A DNA stretch of 64,000 bases, from positions 186,001 to 250,000 of the IMG/VR virus record IMGVR_UViG_3300023174_000039. One strand, given 5' to 3'. Shown here one piece after another: positions 28,726 through 36,034 of this stretch (positions within the stretch are counted from its first letter, which is position 1; each line of letters opens with the position of its first letter). A program made the position numbers and the translations under genes. The notes beneath the pieces were generated by a model. The model did no database searches and was not told the DNA's origin. It saw nothing but the letters and a program-made list of their open reading frames with translations.

Positions 28726-28786
28726 TTTGGTTGACCAATAATTGCCCATTTGCTATAATATGAACATAGTAAGAAATAAGGAGCCC
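28726..28786 (+). repeat. 61-bp promoter plus RBS cassette, copy 2
   Basis: Identical to 28442-28502. Confidence 0.92.
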
Positions 28787-28789
28787 GAA

Positions 28790-29167
28790 ATGACTACAGA
28801 ATTTACAAGTTGGGAAGACATGACAGAATTAGAGCAAGCCCAATGCACATTTTGGGACATGTACAAGGATGCCTACGGTGTTCGCCCACGTGGCGTTGAC
28901 ACATCTGGTTGGACTCTTGATGACTTTACATCTGAGTTTGTGATCCTAGGTCAAGCCATTGACCGTGAAGAGACTGCTCGCAAAGAATCCGAGACCAAGG
29001 CTGTTGAGATGTTTGAACGCCGTGTTGCTGAATTGCTCAGCACAGGTGCTAAAGACCAGGCCATGGCCATGCGTTGGATCCACGAAGCTGAAGAGACCAA
29101 TGGTGACAATGATTACCTTGCTTGGACACTGGGCTTGCCTTATCAGTACTTCCGCAAAGCGGCTTAA
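28790..29167 (+). CDS. Early conserved phage hypothetical protein
   Basis: SD and ATG 28790; WDMYKDAYGVRPRG. Confidence 0.82.
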   Translation: MTTEFTSWEDMTELEQAQCTFWDMYKDAYGVRPRGVDTSGWTLDDFTSEFVILGQAIDREETARKESETKAVEMFERRVAELLSTGAKDQAMAMRWIHEAEETNGDNDYLAWTLGLPYQYFRKAA

Positions 29168-29176
29168 GGAGCAACA

Positions 29177-29599
29177 ATGAAACACTCTATTCTATTAGAC
29201 AATGGGTCATACCTGCAGGTCAATGACATGGGTTTCTATGAGCGCAAGGCTCCTAGACAGTACAAGAATCTAGCAGAAGCCCAGCACCATTTACAATGGG
29301 GCATTGCCATGTGCCACACCAATGTCAAACTCAGAACAGACTATATTGCAATCTATCATCGAGATAAAACTAAATTTGAAAAGGCTGTTGCCAAAGAACA
29401 GGCCCTTATCAAACAGCTAGAGACACAACCTTATAACAAGGTAGCAGATCAAATTAAGAAGGCTCACTTTAATATTGATCAACTCACTGTCAAGTTTTAT
29501 CCCAAAAGCCGGCTTGCAGATTTCAAACGTGATACCAAGTTCCTTGCAAGTGCCAAAAGAGTACTTGCCAACAACCCTAGAGTTGTTCCTTTAGGTTGA
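29177..29599 (+). CDS. Early hypothetical protein
   Basis: TAAGGAG SD; 140 aa. Confidence 0.75.
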   Translation: MKHSILLDNGSYLQVNDMGFYERKAPRQYKNLAEAQHHLQWGIAMCHTNVKLRTDYIAIYHRDKTKFEKAVAKEQALIKQLETQPYNKVADQIKKAHFNIDQLTVKFYPKSRLADFKRDTKFLASAKRVLANNPRVVPLG

Positions 29600-29624
29600 C
29601 CAAAAAGAGACGATTTGCTATAAT
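29596..29624 (+). promoter_or_regulatory. Sigma70 early promoter
   Basis: TTGACC-17-TATAAT with TG extension. Confidence 0.82.
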
Positions 29625-29648
29625 ACAAGCATAGTAAAAACAAAGGAG

Positions 29649-29885
29649 ATGACAATGATTAAAGAACACGCACAATCCAGTTACTACGACGAACGTCACG
29701 GCGGTCCTTACGATCGCGGCGTTTGTGACAGCTACTACGGTCGTGACTATTGGCCCCATTACTTTGTGAGAGACACTCACAAAAGTCCTAGAATTGACAT
29801 AGATCAAATGACTGACGCAGAAGTTGCGGCCTACGCCGCTGGCTATCGTAATAACGAAGCTACCGGCGACAAAAAGGAGTGGTAA
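29649..29885 (+). CDS. Early hypothetical protein
   Basis: AAGGAG SD; HGGPYDRGVCDSYYGR. Confidence 0.78.
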   Translation: MTMIKEHAQSSYYDERHGGPYDRGVCDSYYGRDYWPHYFVRDTHKSPRIDIDQMTDAEVAAYAAGYRNNEATGDKKEW

Positions 29886-29887
29886 AA

Positions 29888-30292
29888 ATGACAATGCCAG
29901 CAGGACGATATTACATTGGTGACTTGTGCTATGTCATGCACCCGGAATGGGACGAGGCATGTGCCATGTTCTTTCCACCTCGGCACGAAGGTCGTGGTAT
30001 AGAGGGTGAGTTTGTCTTGAAGGATGGCCGACGGTTTGCCAGCTTTGGCACAGCCTGGGGTGATGGCACATACAACAGCAACATTGGTACTGAACACATG
30101 GTAGACTCAGGCTCTATTGGCTGTATCCAAATTGAAGATATCCGTGACACCACTTATAATGATCTTGAGCAATTGGGTGCCATTGTAGATTTTACACAAC
30201 CATTCGAAGTCAGAAAAGTAAGCCTAGGCCTACTCAGATTTGGACATGTGGATATTGAAACGGACGCTGACTATGACAAAGAATATTGCTAA
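29888..30292 (+). CDS. Early hypothetical protein
   Basis: AGGAG SD; GRYYIGDLCYV and VDSGSIGCI. Confidence 0.78.
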   Translation: MTMPAGRYYIGDLCYVMHPEWDEACAMFFPPRHEGRGIEGEFVLKDGRRFASFGTAWGDGTYNSNIGTEHMVDSGSIGCIQIEDIRDTTYNDLEQLGAIVDFTQPFEVRKVSLGLLRFGHVDIETDADYDKEYC

Positions 30293-30593
30293 GTTAGTTG
30301 ACAACGGTAAAGTGGCAGTGCTATACAGCCCGGGATTCGGTGCAGGCTGGAGTACTTGGAATCGTGGAGTGCCAGAAATTGTATTTGATCCTGCTATTGT
30401 GAAATTTATAGAACATGATCAAATGGCAGAGTTAAACACTTATGTTACCCTCAAGTATCCAGGACTCTACACAGGTGGCATGACAAGCCTGTCAGTGGCT
30501 TGGGTATCAGTGGGTACCGAGTTTCGAATCAAAGAATACGACGGTGCCGAAAGCATTGAACTAAAAGAAGAAATAAATTGGATAACCGCATGA
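30273..30593 (+). CDS. Conserved phage hypothetical protein
   Basis: VAVLYSPGFGAGWSTW; FRIKEYDGAESI. Confidence 0.78.
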   Translation: MTKNIAKLVDNGKVAVLYSPGFGAGWSTWNRGVPEIVFDPAIVKFIEHDQMAELNTYVTLKYPGLYTGGMTSLSVAWVSVGTEFRIKEYDGAESIELKEEINWITA

Positions 30594-30712
30594 AACGAGC
30601 AGACTTTGGCCGACTGGCCTGGACATCTTACAGATATGAGGCTCTTGCGCCCGAGATCACAGACTTCACAGAAGCTCGGGCTGTGATTGCTTACATCAAG
30701 TCCTTGTTATGA
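30590..30712 (+). CDS. 40-aa hypothetical protein
   Basis: Below the track cutoff; ATGA overlaps on both sides. Confidence 0.55.
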   Translation: MKRADFGRLAWTSYRYEALAPEITDFTEARAVIAYIKSLL

Positions 30713-30834
30713 AAGTGATTGTAAACTCCGCCGAGACCGTTGTACTTCCTTGGGAAGAAGGTCTCCTAGAATGGTTGCAGGAACACTATCCTTATAGTCG
30801 GTATCAGGTGGTAGAGATCCGCCAAATGGGTTGA
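30709..30834 (+). CDS. 41-aa hypothetical protein
   Basis: MKVIVNSAETVVLPWEEGLLEWLQEHYPYSRYQVVEIRQMG; ATGA overlap. Confidence 0.55.
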   Translation: MKVIVNSAETVVLPWEEGLLEWLQEHYPYSRYQVVEIRQMG

Positions 30835-30859
30835 CTATAAATAGTTTTCCTTGTACAAT
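30831..30859 (+). promoter_or_regulatory. Sigma70 promoter with nested TATAAATA, upstream of tRNAs
   Basis: TTGACT 30831-36, TATAAATA 30836-43, TACAAT 30854-59. Confidence 0.72.
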
Positions 30860-30867
30860 AAAACAAT

Positions 30868-30942
30868 GCGCCTATAGCTTAATGGTAAAGCAGGGGACTC
30901 ATAATCCCTTGAGTCGTGGTTCGATCCCACGTGGGCGCACCA
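30868..30942 (+). tRNA. tRNA with CAT anticodon, probably tRNA-Ile2 (lysidine type)
   Basis: Cloverleaf with GGGGA-ctCATaa-TCCCT and encoded CCA; anticodon arm resembles Ile2. Confidence 0.85.
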
Positions 30943-30947
30943 TTTTT

Positions 30948-31022
30948 CTGGCCATAGTATAATGGATAATACAGTAGCCTTCTAAGCTATCAATCTAGGT
31001 TCGATTCCTAGTGGCCGGACCA
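30948..31022 (+). tRNA. tRNA-Arg(TCT)
   Basis: GTAGC-ctTCTaa-GCTAT; TTCGA T-loop; CCA. Confidence 0.92.
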
Positions 31023-31056
31023 AGCTCTGTTAAATAACAGACACTAGGAGAGCACT

Positions 31057-31218
31057 ATGGCTTCATTTATCACAGCAGTAAAATCGGCATTGGAAAAAAA
31101 GCATGCCGCACAACATCCTGATGCAAAACCCGTCAAAGGTTCCAAGTCAGTTAAAAAACCAACAGCACCACAGCCAGTGGGTAAACCTGTTAAAAAGGTC
31201 ACTGGCCGGGGCGGATAA
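31057..31218 (+). CDS. 53-aa Lys/Pro-rich basic protein between tRNAs
   Basis: TAAATA at 31031, AGGAG SD; MASFITAVKSALEKKHAAQHPDAKPVKGSKSVKKPTAPQPVGKPVKKVTGRGG. Confidence 0.7.
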   Translation: MASFITAVKSALEKKHAAQHPDAKPVKGSKSVKKPTAPQPVGKPVKKVTGRGG

Positions 31219-31225
31219 CGCACAA

Positions 31226-31309
31226 GCGAGTGTGGGGGAATAGGTAGACCCAGCAGACTTAAAATCTGCCGCGTAATGCGTACCGGTTCGATTCCGGTCA
31301 CTCGTACCA
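31226..31309 (+). tRNA. tRNA-Leu(TAA)
   Basis: GCAGA-ctTAAaa-TCTGC; variable arm; CCA. Confidence 0.93.
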
Positions 31310-31318
31310 TTTTATATC

Positions 31319-31876
31319 ATGACCAAGATAAACAGTAGCCCCGATCGACACACCTTTCAAAAAGAAGGTTATGTTAAACGCTGTGAGGAACAAGGCAAGT
31401 TGCCTAATCCTGACTATGTTGAAATGTACAAAACCTGGCGTGAACAAGATGCGGCAAATCTTGTGGATCCCGAGTGGCAAAACAACAACATGGAGTACGA
31501 CCTGCGTAGTACCAAATGGATCTGCGACAAAGTCAAGGCCAGCGACAGCTATGCTCAAAATCTGTATGCAGCCATGTGCAACATGCAATTTGTAAAAAAC
31601 GAAGTATGGCCTTTGCTCAAGGACCAACGCTGGAGTGCCAGTTGGCGCAGTGCTGGAGGCATTGTGGCTGACATGCATGAACAAGGTGACTATATTGACT
31701 GGTACTGTTCGGGCATTGGTGGCATGATGGGAGGCGGTAGTGAGTCCAGTCCAGCAACAGAAGCAGCCTTGCTGGCCAGAAAAAACTATGTGCCAGAGGG
31801 CACTGTCACTGATGAGATCCGAGCAGACTTATTTCAACTGGGATGGATTCCAAAAGAGTGGGACAGTGATGAGTGA
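31319..31876 (+). CDS. Conserved phage hypothetical protein
   Basis: YAQNLYAAMCN...WSASWRSAGGIVADM...YIDWYCSG. Confidence 0.8.
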   Translation: MTKINSSPDRHTFQKEGYVKRCEEQGKLPNPDYVEMYKTWREQDAANLVDPEWQNNNMEYDLRSTKWICDKVKASDSYAQNLYAAMCNMQFVKNEVWPLLKDQRWSASWRSAGGIVADMHEQGDYIDWYCSGIGGMMGGGSESSPATEAALLARKNYVPEGTVTDEIRADLFQLGWIPKEWDSDE

Positions 31877-32507
31877 CCATACCTATTATAAAAAACTCAA
31901 CTTGCCGGCTAACCCGTTAAAGGACAGCCGAGCGGTGTCTCAGATGTCGATCACTGGTGTTTATGACATAGTAGAACCCCATGCGATTCTAACAGATGAA
32001 ATACTTTCTATCTTTGACAGTCTTGAGTTGCGTGTGAAAATGGTTGCATTGTTTGGTCGTATGGACGGTACTTCTACCAAACATGATAGACTGATACATG
32101 CTGACCTTTACAAAAACAATGCTGATGTGCGTGGATGGTCAAAACTGGTAGCCGGCGTGAATTGGGAGATCGAAGGGTCGCACAATGTTTTTTATTGGTA
32201 TGACATGTCAAAACTTGACGAGCACTGGCCGCCTGTAGTGGGATCAGGTACATCAAAGTATGATTTGTTGAATGGCATACACTACGGACAACGTGGCAAT
32301 CACGGAGTTTATCCCGAGCAGGCAGTGGTACTAGAACACACCACCATTGACGGTCCCACACTAGTGAGAACTGACATTCCACACTCGACATTGTATCACA
32401 ATCCCAACACATACCGAGTGGGGGTCAGTGTTAGATTTTTTGAAGAAGACTTTGATCACAATTGGGAAACAGTATTGGCAAAGTTTCAACCAGTGTTTCT
32501 CAAATAA
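31869..32507 (+). CDS. Hypothetical protein
   Basis: Likely start MSDHTYY at 31869, overlapping the upstream stop. Confidence 0.68.
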   Translation: MSDHTYYKKLNLPANPLKDSRAVSQMSITGVYDIVEPHAILTDEILSIFDSLELRVKMVALFGRMDGTSTKHDRLIHADLYKNNADVRGWSKLVAGVNWEIEGSHNVFYWYDMSKLDEHWPPVVGSGTSKYDLLNGIHYGQRGNHGVYPEQAVVLEHTTIDGPTLVRTDIPHSTLYHNPNTYRVGVSVRFFEEDFDHNWETVLAKFQPVFLK

Positions 32508-32510
32508 ATA

Positions 32511-32580
32511 AGAGTTAAGACTGTATGAAGTTGACAGAAAAGGATTCAAGACCCGGGGGCAGTTCCCGGCAGGTCCACCA
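32511..32580 (+). ncRNA. ssrA: Permuted tmRNA, acceptor (3') piece; 5' end approximate
   Basis: GATTCAA-GAC-CCGGG-GGCAGTT-CCCGG-CAGGTCC-ACCA gives the T arm and 3' acceptor strand. TAAATA promoter at 32505-10. Confidence 0.9.
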
Positions 32581-32603
32581 TAAGGAGATTGAATAAATAC
32601 TAG

Positions 32604-32909
32604 ATGCGAATAAAAGAACTGACTGAATCATTTAACAAGTGCTATGATATGGCATGTAAAATGTATGATTACGCAAAGGCTAAAAATTTGCATCCTAAAC
32701 TAATACAAGTAGCAGATTATAAAGGCGATGGTTCCGGTGCTGATAAACGCTGGCAAAAACTACCGCAAAGAGTGTGGCAACATTATGTCACAGTAATCGG
32801 CAATAAAGTCTACGATCCAACTGCTAAACAGTTTGGTCCTGACAACGATACTGAATATAGTTTAGAAAGATTAGATGCTGACTGGGGACAACAGTATCTA
32901 ATTAAATAA
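32604..32909 (+). CDS. 101-aa protein encoded inside the tmRNA intervening segment; possible Cys-His-Asp (papain/transglutaminase-like) fold
   Basis: KCYDMA...QHYVTVIGNKVYDPTAKQF; TAAGGAG at 32581 and TAAATA at 32594-99. Confidence 0.75.
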   Translation: MRIKELTESFNKCYDMACKMYDYAKAKNLHPKLIQVADYKGDGSGADKRWQKLPQRVWQHYVTVIGNKVYDPTAKQFGPDNDTEYSLERLDADWGQQYLIK

Positions 32910-32922
32910 GTCTTTTTATGAT

Positions 32923-33105
32923 GGGCCTGACATAGATATCGATTGGGTCAAGAGTACGGAAATGGACAGTCCGGCAATGTAGAAGCCGTTAGGGTTGGGG
33001 GAACTTGGCCGAAGACACAAAAACCGTAAATGCAAACGACGAACAGTTCGCTTTAGCCGCCTAAACTCGGCTTAGGGTAGGAAATACCTCGTAACAGAAA
33101 CCACC
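32923..33105 (+). ncRNA. ssrA: Permuted tmRNA, coding (5') piece with tag ANDEQFALAA
   Basis: GGGCCTG pairs with CAGGTCC and includes G3:U70. GTAAAT-GCA resume site. Tag ORF 33032-33064 is GCA AAC GAC GAA CAG TTC GCT TTA GCC GCC TAA. Confidence 0.92.
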
Positions 33106-33133
33106 AAAAAAGGGCACTTTGGTGCCCTTTTTC
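33106..33133 (+). terminator. Intrinsic terminator, bidirectional
   Basis: AAAAAAGGGCAC-tttg-GTGCCCTTTTTT. Confidence 0.9.
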
Positions 33134-33192
33134 TTTGACTTCTTAGTATAAACGCTATATACTAGTTGATATTCATTTTATAAGGAAAAATA

Positions 33193-34086
33193 ATGACAAC
33201 AACAATTACAATCAAGGACAAAGCAGTAAACACAACATATCAAAATGTCACAGGGTTGACAGGTGGCTCAGGCGACGGCGCCGCATTTGATGTTACCAAG
33301 ACCAATGGTGTTTATTCCGTTGTGTTAGACGCATTGGCAGCCAGTGCTGGCCGCAACTATGTGGCAGGTGATACTATTACTCTTGCTGGCACAGCACTGG
33401 GTGGTACAAGTGCCAACAACTTGATCGTCACAGTGGGCACAGTTGGTACTGCCGGTAAGATTGCTACATTTGGTGTAGTGGGCACAGGCCGTGTTGGCGA
33501 TGGCACAGTAGACGTACAAGTTGATGTTACTGGTACCAGTGGCATTGACACTTATACTGTAGGTGGTGCCAGTACAGAGTACACAACAACCAAGACCGCA
33601 AGTGCAGTTACATTGGCCAGTTCACTGGTCAGCAATTTAGAAATTAAACTTGCTGATCACGAGCGTGTGGTGTTCACAGACAAAGCCATTGCATATGATG
33701 CCGCAGGCCGTGCAGGTGATGTATATGCATTGTTGGCAGCCGCACTTGGTGTTAGTGATGTTACTCGAGCCTACGAAGGCATTGGCATCTATCTTGCAGA
33801 TGCAGGTTGGACCAACAAACAATTGGCCACTGCATTGTTGGCCACTGATACATACAAGGCCGACGCCGGTGGTGTCAGTGACGAAACATTCATCAAGCAT
33901 GTTTATAAAAATGTCACAGGTACCACTGCCACAATCGCAGATGTTACTGCATTAACAAACTGGATGACTGCCAACAAGTACAGTCAAGCAGATGTACTGG
34001 TCATTGCCAGCGAATTGCCAGCATTTGAAACAGCAATTGGCCTGGTTGGATTGGCAACAACTGGCATTGAATATACTCCTGTATAA
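33193..34086 (+). CDS. S-layer/RTX-associated-like protein with a C-terminal DUF4214-like domain
   Basis: Thr/Gly/Ala/Val-rich beta region, then DHERVVFTDKAIAYDAAGRAGDVYALL...SDETFIKHVYKNV. Own promoter TTGACT 33136/TATACT 33159 and TAAGGA SD. Confidence 0.72.
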   Translation: MTTTITIKDKAVNTTYQNVTGLTGGSGDGAAFDVTKTNGVYSVVLDALAASAGRNYVAGDTITLAGTALGGTSANNLIVTVGTVGTAGKIATFGVVGTGRVGDGTVDVQVDVTGTSGIDTYTVGGASTEYTTTKTASAVTLASSLVSNLEIKLADHERVVFTDKAIAYDAAGRAGDVYALLAAALGVSDVTRAYEGIGIYLADAGWTNKQLATALLATDTYKADAGGVSDETFIKHVYKNVTGTTATIADVTALTNWMTANKYSQADVLVIASELPAFETAIGLVGLATTGIEYTPV

Positions 34087-34102
34087 TACAACCGGCCCAG
34101 AC

Positions 34103-34129
34103 AAAAAGGCTGTTTTCACAGCCTTTTTT
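34103..34129 (+). terminator. Intrinsic terminator
   Basis: AAAAAGGCTGT-tttc-ACAGCCTTTTT. Confidence 0.9.
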
Positions 34130-34202
34130 GTTGATTAAATGTAAACATCGCTATATAATATAGATTGACTACCAAGTCAATTTAAACAAGGAAATTTAAA
34201 AA

Positions 34203-34742
34203 ATGAAAAAATTTGCATTCGCATCACTCTTGGCTTTGGCCTCTTTCGCTTCTTCTGCACAGTATGTGTCAGTTGATGTGGACCATGTAAAGACCAGTCG
34301 TGGTCAGGAAAGTTCTGCACAGTACATCCGTGCTGGCAAAACCATCAGTGGCATTGACTACGGTCTCCAAAGCCGCACAGGTGTTGGCAACAAAGGTGGC
34401 ATGTTCAACAGCCTAGAAGTCACAGCTGGCAGCAAACTGGGTTCTTTCGCGCCGTTCGTGGGCGTGGGCTATGACAATGGCTTTAACGGTTCACCTGCTG
34501 GTTCATACACATATGGCTTGTTGGGCGTAACAACTGGTGCCAAGGTTGGTCCAGGTTTTGCATTTGGTGGTGTCAAGACTCGACTGGGTTCTAGTGCCAA
34601 AGTAGAAACAAAACAAACAGTGGCGTTTGGTACTTACAGTTTACCCATTGCCAAGAACCTTGCACTCAACGTGAATGCAAGCAAGAGCTACCAAGACATC
34701 AAAGAAACAGCTTATGGTGTTGGCCTAGCGTTTGGGTTTTAA
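34203..34742 (+). CDS. Small outer-membrane beta-barrel (porin-like) protein
   Basis: Sec signal MKKFAFASLLALASFASSA; alternating beta strands; C-terminal YGVGLAFGF fits a BAM signal ending in Phe. Confidence 0.8.
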   Translation: MKKFAFASLLALASFASSAQYVSVDVDHVKTSRGQESSAQYIRAGKTISGIDYGLQSRTGVGNKGGMFNSLEVTAGSKLGSFAPFVGVGYDNGFNGSPAGSYTYGLLGVTTGAKVGPGFAFGGVKTRLGSSAKVETKQTVAFGTYSLPIAKNLALNVNASKSYQDIKETAYGVGLAFGF

Positions 34743-34768
34743 ATGTAATACTTAATAGTTACATTTAC

Positions 34769-34795
34769 AAAAAACCCGCACTAGGCGGGTTTTTT
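34769..34795 (+). terminator. Intrinsic terminator
   Basis: AAAAAACCCGC-actag-GCGGGTTTTTT. Confidence 0.9.
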
Positions 34796-34803
34796 ATTGG
34801 CGG

Positions 34804-34930
34804 TTGACTGAATATTCTGAATTTGCTACAATAGAAACAAGTTAAGAAATACAGCAAAGTTTGCAAAGCCCTTATAAAGAAAAAGGACTTTGCAAAACAA
34901 GTTGACAAGTAAATCACAAGATGTTATACT
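34804..34930 (+). promoter_or_regulatory. Tandem sigma70 promoters of the main tRNA/ncRNA operon
   Basis: TTGACT 34804/TACAAT 34827 and TTGACA 34902/TATACT 34925, both with 17-nt spacers. Confidence 0.8.
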
Positions 34931-35017
34931 AGAGACTAGTTAGGAAATAGTAGATCGAGACTGTTTCAAGAGTTCGTTAAAAATTCAATTTTGTATAGTA
35001 CTCGGATCCAATCCGGG

Positions 35018-35260
35018 CACTATATGTAAGCACATTGGGTTACCGCCCCAGTAGGTAATTTGACAAGAGATCAATCTGTGGCCGCACAGACTCTTCCAAG
35101 TTACATGAAAGATGGAAACGAAGCCGCAAGGTGGATACTGTATAATCGCGCTGGACCAGGTAGGCCTGTAATGTGTTTGACAAACAAGTCCGTGGACGAC
35201 ACGGTAGGGCAGAAAAAACTGCGATCTTTGTCCGACATCCTGATGTGTTTTCATATAGTG
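35018..35260 (+). ncRNA. Structured spacer RNA A
   Basis: Terminal helix CACTATATG/CATATAGTG plus AAGCACATT/GATGTGTTT; internal hairpins such as TCTGTG-gccg-CACAGA. Confidence 0.6.
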
Positions 35261-35267
35261 ATTTTTT

Positions 35268-35343
35268 GGTCTTAAAGTGTTCATGGACGCACGATGGCTT
35301 GTCACGCCATAAGAGTGGGGATCGTTACCCCCTAAGACCGCCA
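35268..35343 (+). tRNA. tRNA-Asp(GTC)
   Basis: ATGGC-ttGTCac-GCCAT; atypical T-loop ATCGTTA; CCA. Confidence 0.88.
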
Positions 35344-35349
35344 ACATTT

Positions 35350-35412
35350 GAGAGCCACTACGCCTGGATACTTCCCTCGCAAGAGGCACTAGGTCCTGCA
35401 ACCGTGGCTCTC
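35350..35412 (+). ncRNA. Small structured spacer B
   Basis: GAGAGCCAC/GTGGCTCTC 9-bp closing helix; CCTC-gcaa-GAGG hairpin. Confidence 0.5.
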
Positions 35413-35420
35413 CCTTATTT

Positions 35421-35496
35421 GCTCGGTTCATCTAGCGGTCTAGGATAGTGCCCTTTCACGGCATTCACACGGGTTCGAATCCCGTACCGAGCTCCA
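35421..35496 (+). tRNA. tRNA-Glu(TTC)
   Basis: GTGCC-ctTTCac-GGCAT; CCA. Confidence 0.93.
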
Positions 35497-35501
35497 CACA
35501 T

Positions 35502-35586
35502 GGAGATGCCGCCGCAATGGTGTGGCAGGGGACTGTAACTCCTCCGACTTCGGTCACGATAGGTTCGATCCCTATCATCTCCACCA
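35502..35586 (+). tRNA. tRNA-Tyr(GTA)
   Basis: ctGTAac loop; variable arm GAC-ttcg-GTC; CCA. Confidence 0.88.
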
Positions 35587-35590
35587 GAAC

Positions 35591-35778
35591 GTTCCGGGTG
35601 TCTCCGGATAGTCAGACCCTGACGATGAGAAGTAGTGTGACAACTACGGGTGGTAGTCTTCAAACCCAAAGGCCGCTAGCAATGCGAGAACGGTCCCTGT
35701 CGGGAAGCGGGTGGAAGGAGTATGTGATGGATACGATAGCGTCGTATCTTGATACTCTACAATTACCGCCGGGGGATG
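35591..35778 (+). ncRNA. GC-rich structured spacer RNA C
   Basis: Hairpins TCCGG/CCGGA, GTCAG/TGAC and GTAGT/ACTAC; nested GCGGGT..GGAGTAT..GATACGA/TCGTATC..ATACTCT..ACCGC. Confidence 0.6.
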
Positions 35779-35791
35779 CAGAGCATGTTTG

Positions 35792-35949
35792 TTTTTATAG
35801 TCAAGCATCGATAAAGGTATCGTGACAGGACGCTGTCACTATTCGGGCCTAACTGTGCGAGGAACAGGTCCTGACATAACTGCCATTCGCTTGTCAGAGC
35901 TAGCTACTTTGTTGACAAATCGGCATCTCTCGGTGCTTGACTATAAAAA
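35792..35949 (+). ncRNA. Structured spacer RNA D
   Basis: 20-bp terminal helix TTTTTATAGTCAAGCATCGA/TCGGTGCTTGACTATAAAAA with one G-U pair. Confidence 0.65.
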
Positions 35950-35952
35950 TAC

Positions 35953-36030
35953 GCACAGGTGGCAGAGTGGTCCAATGCACGGGATTGCAAATCCTGAAAG
36001 CCGTGAGTTCAAATCTCACCCTGTGCTCCA
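35953..36030 (+). tRNA. tRNA-Cys(GCA)
   Basis: ttGCAaa loop; U discriminator; CCA. Confidence 0.9.
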
Positions 36031-36034
36031 GTTT

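Noticed and set aside
35591-35778. RNase P RNA, SRP RNA or group I intron
   Set aside because: No GAGGAAAGUCC/P4, no SRP domain IV motif, and no P7 or other intron core recognised.
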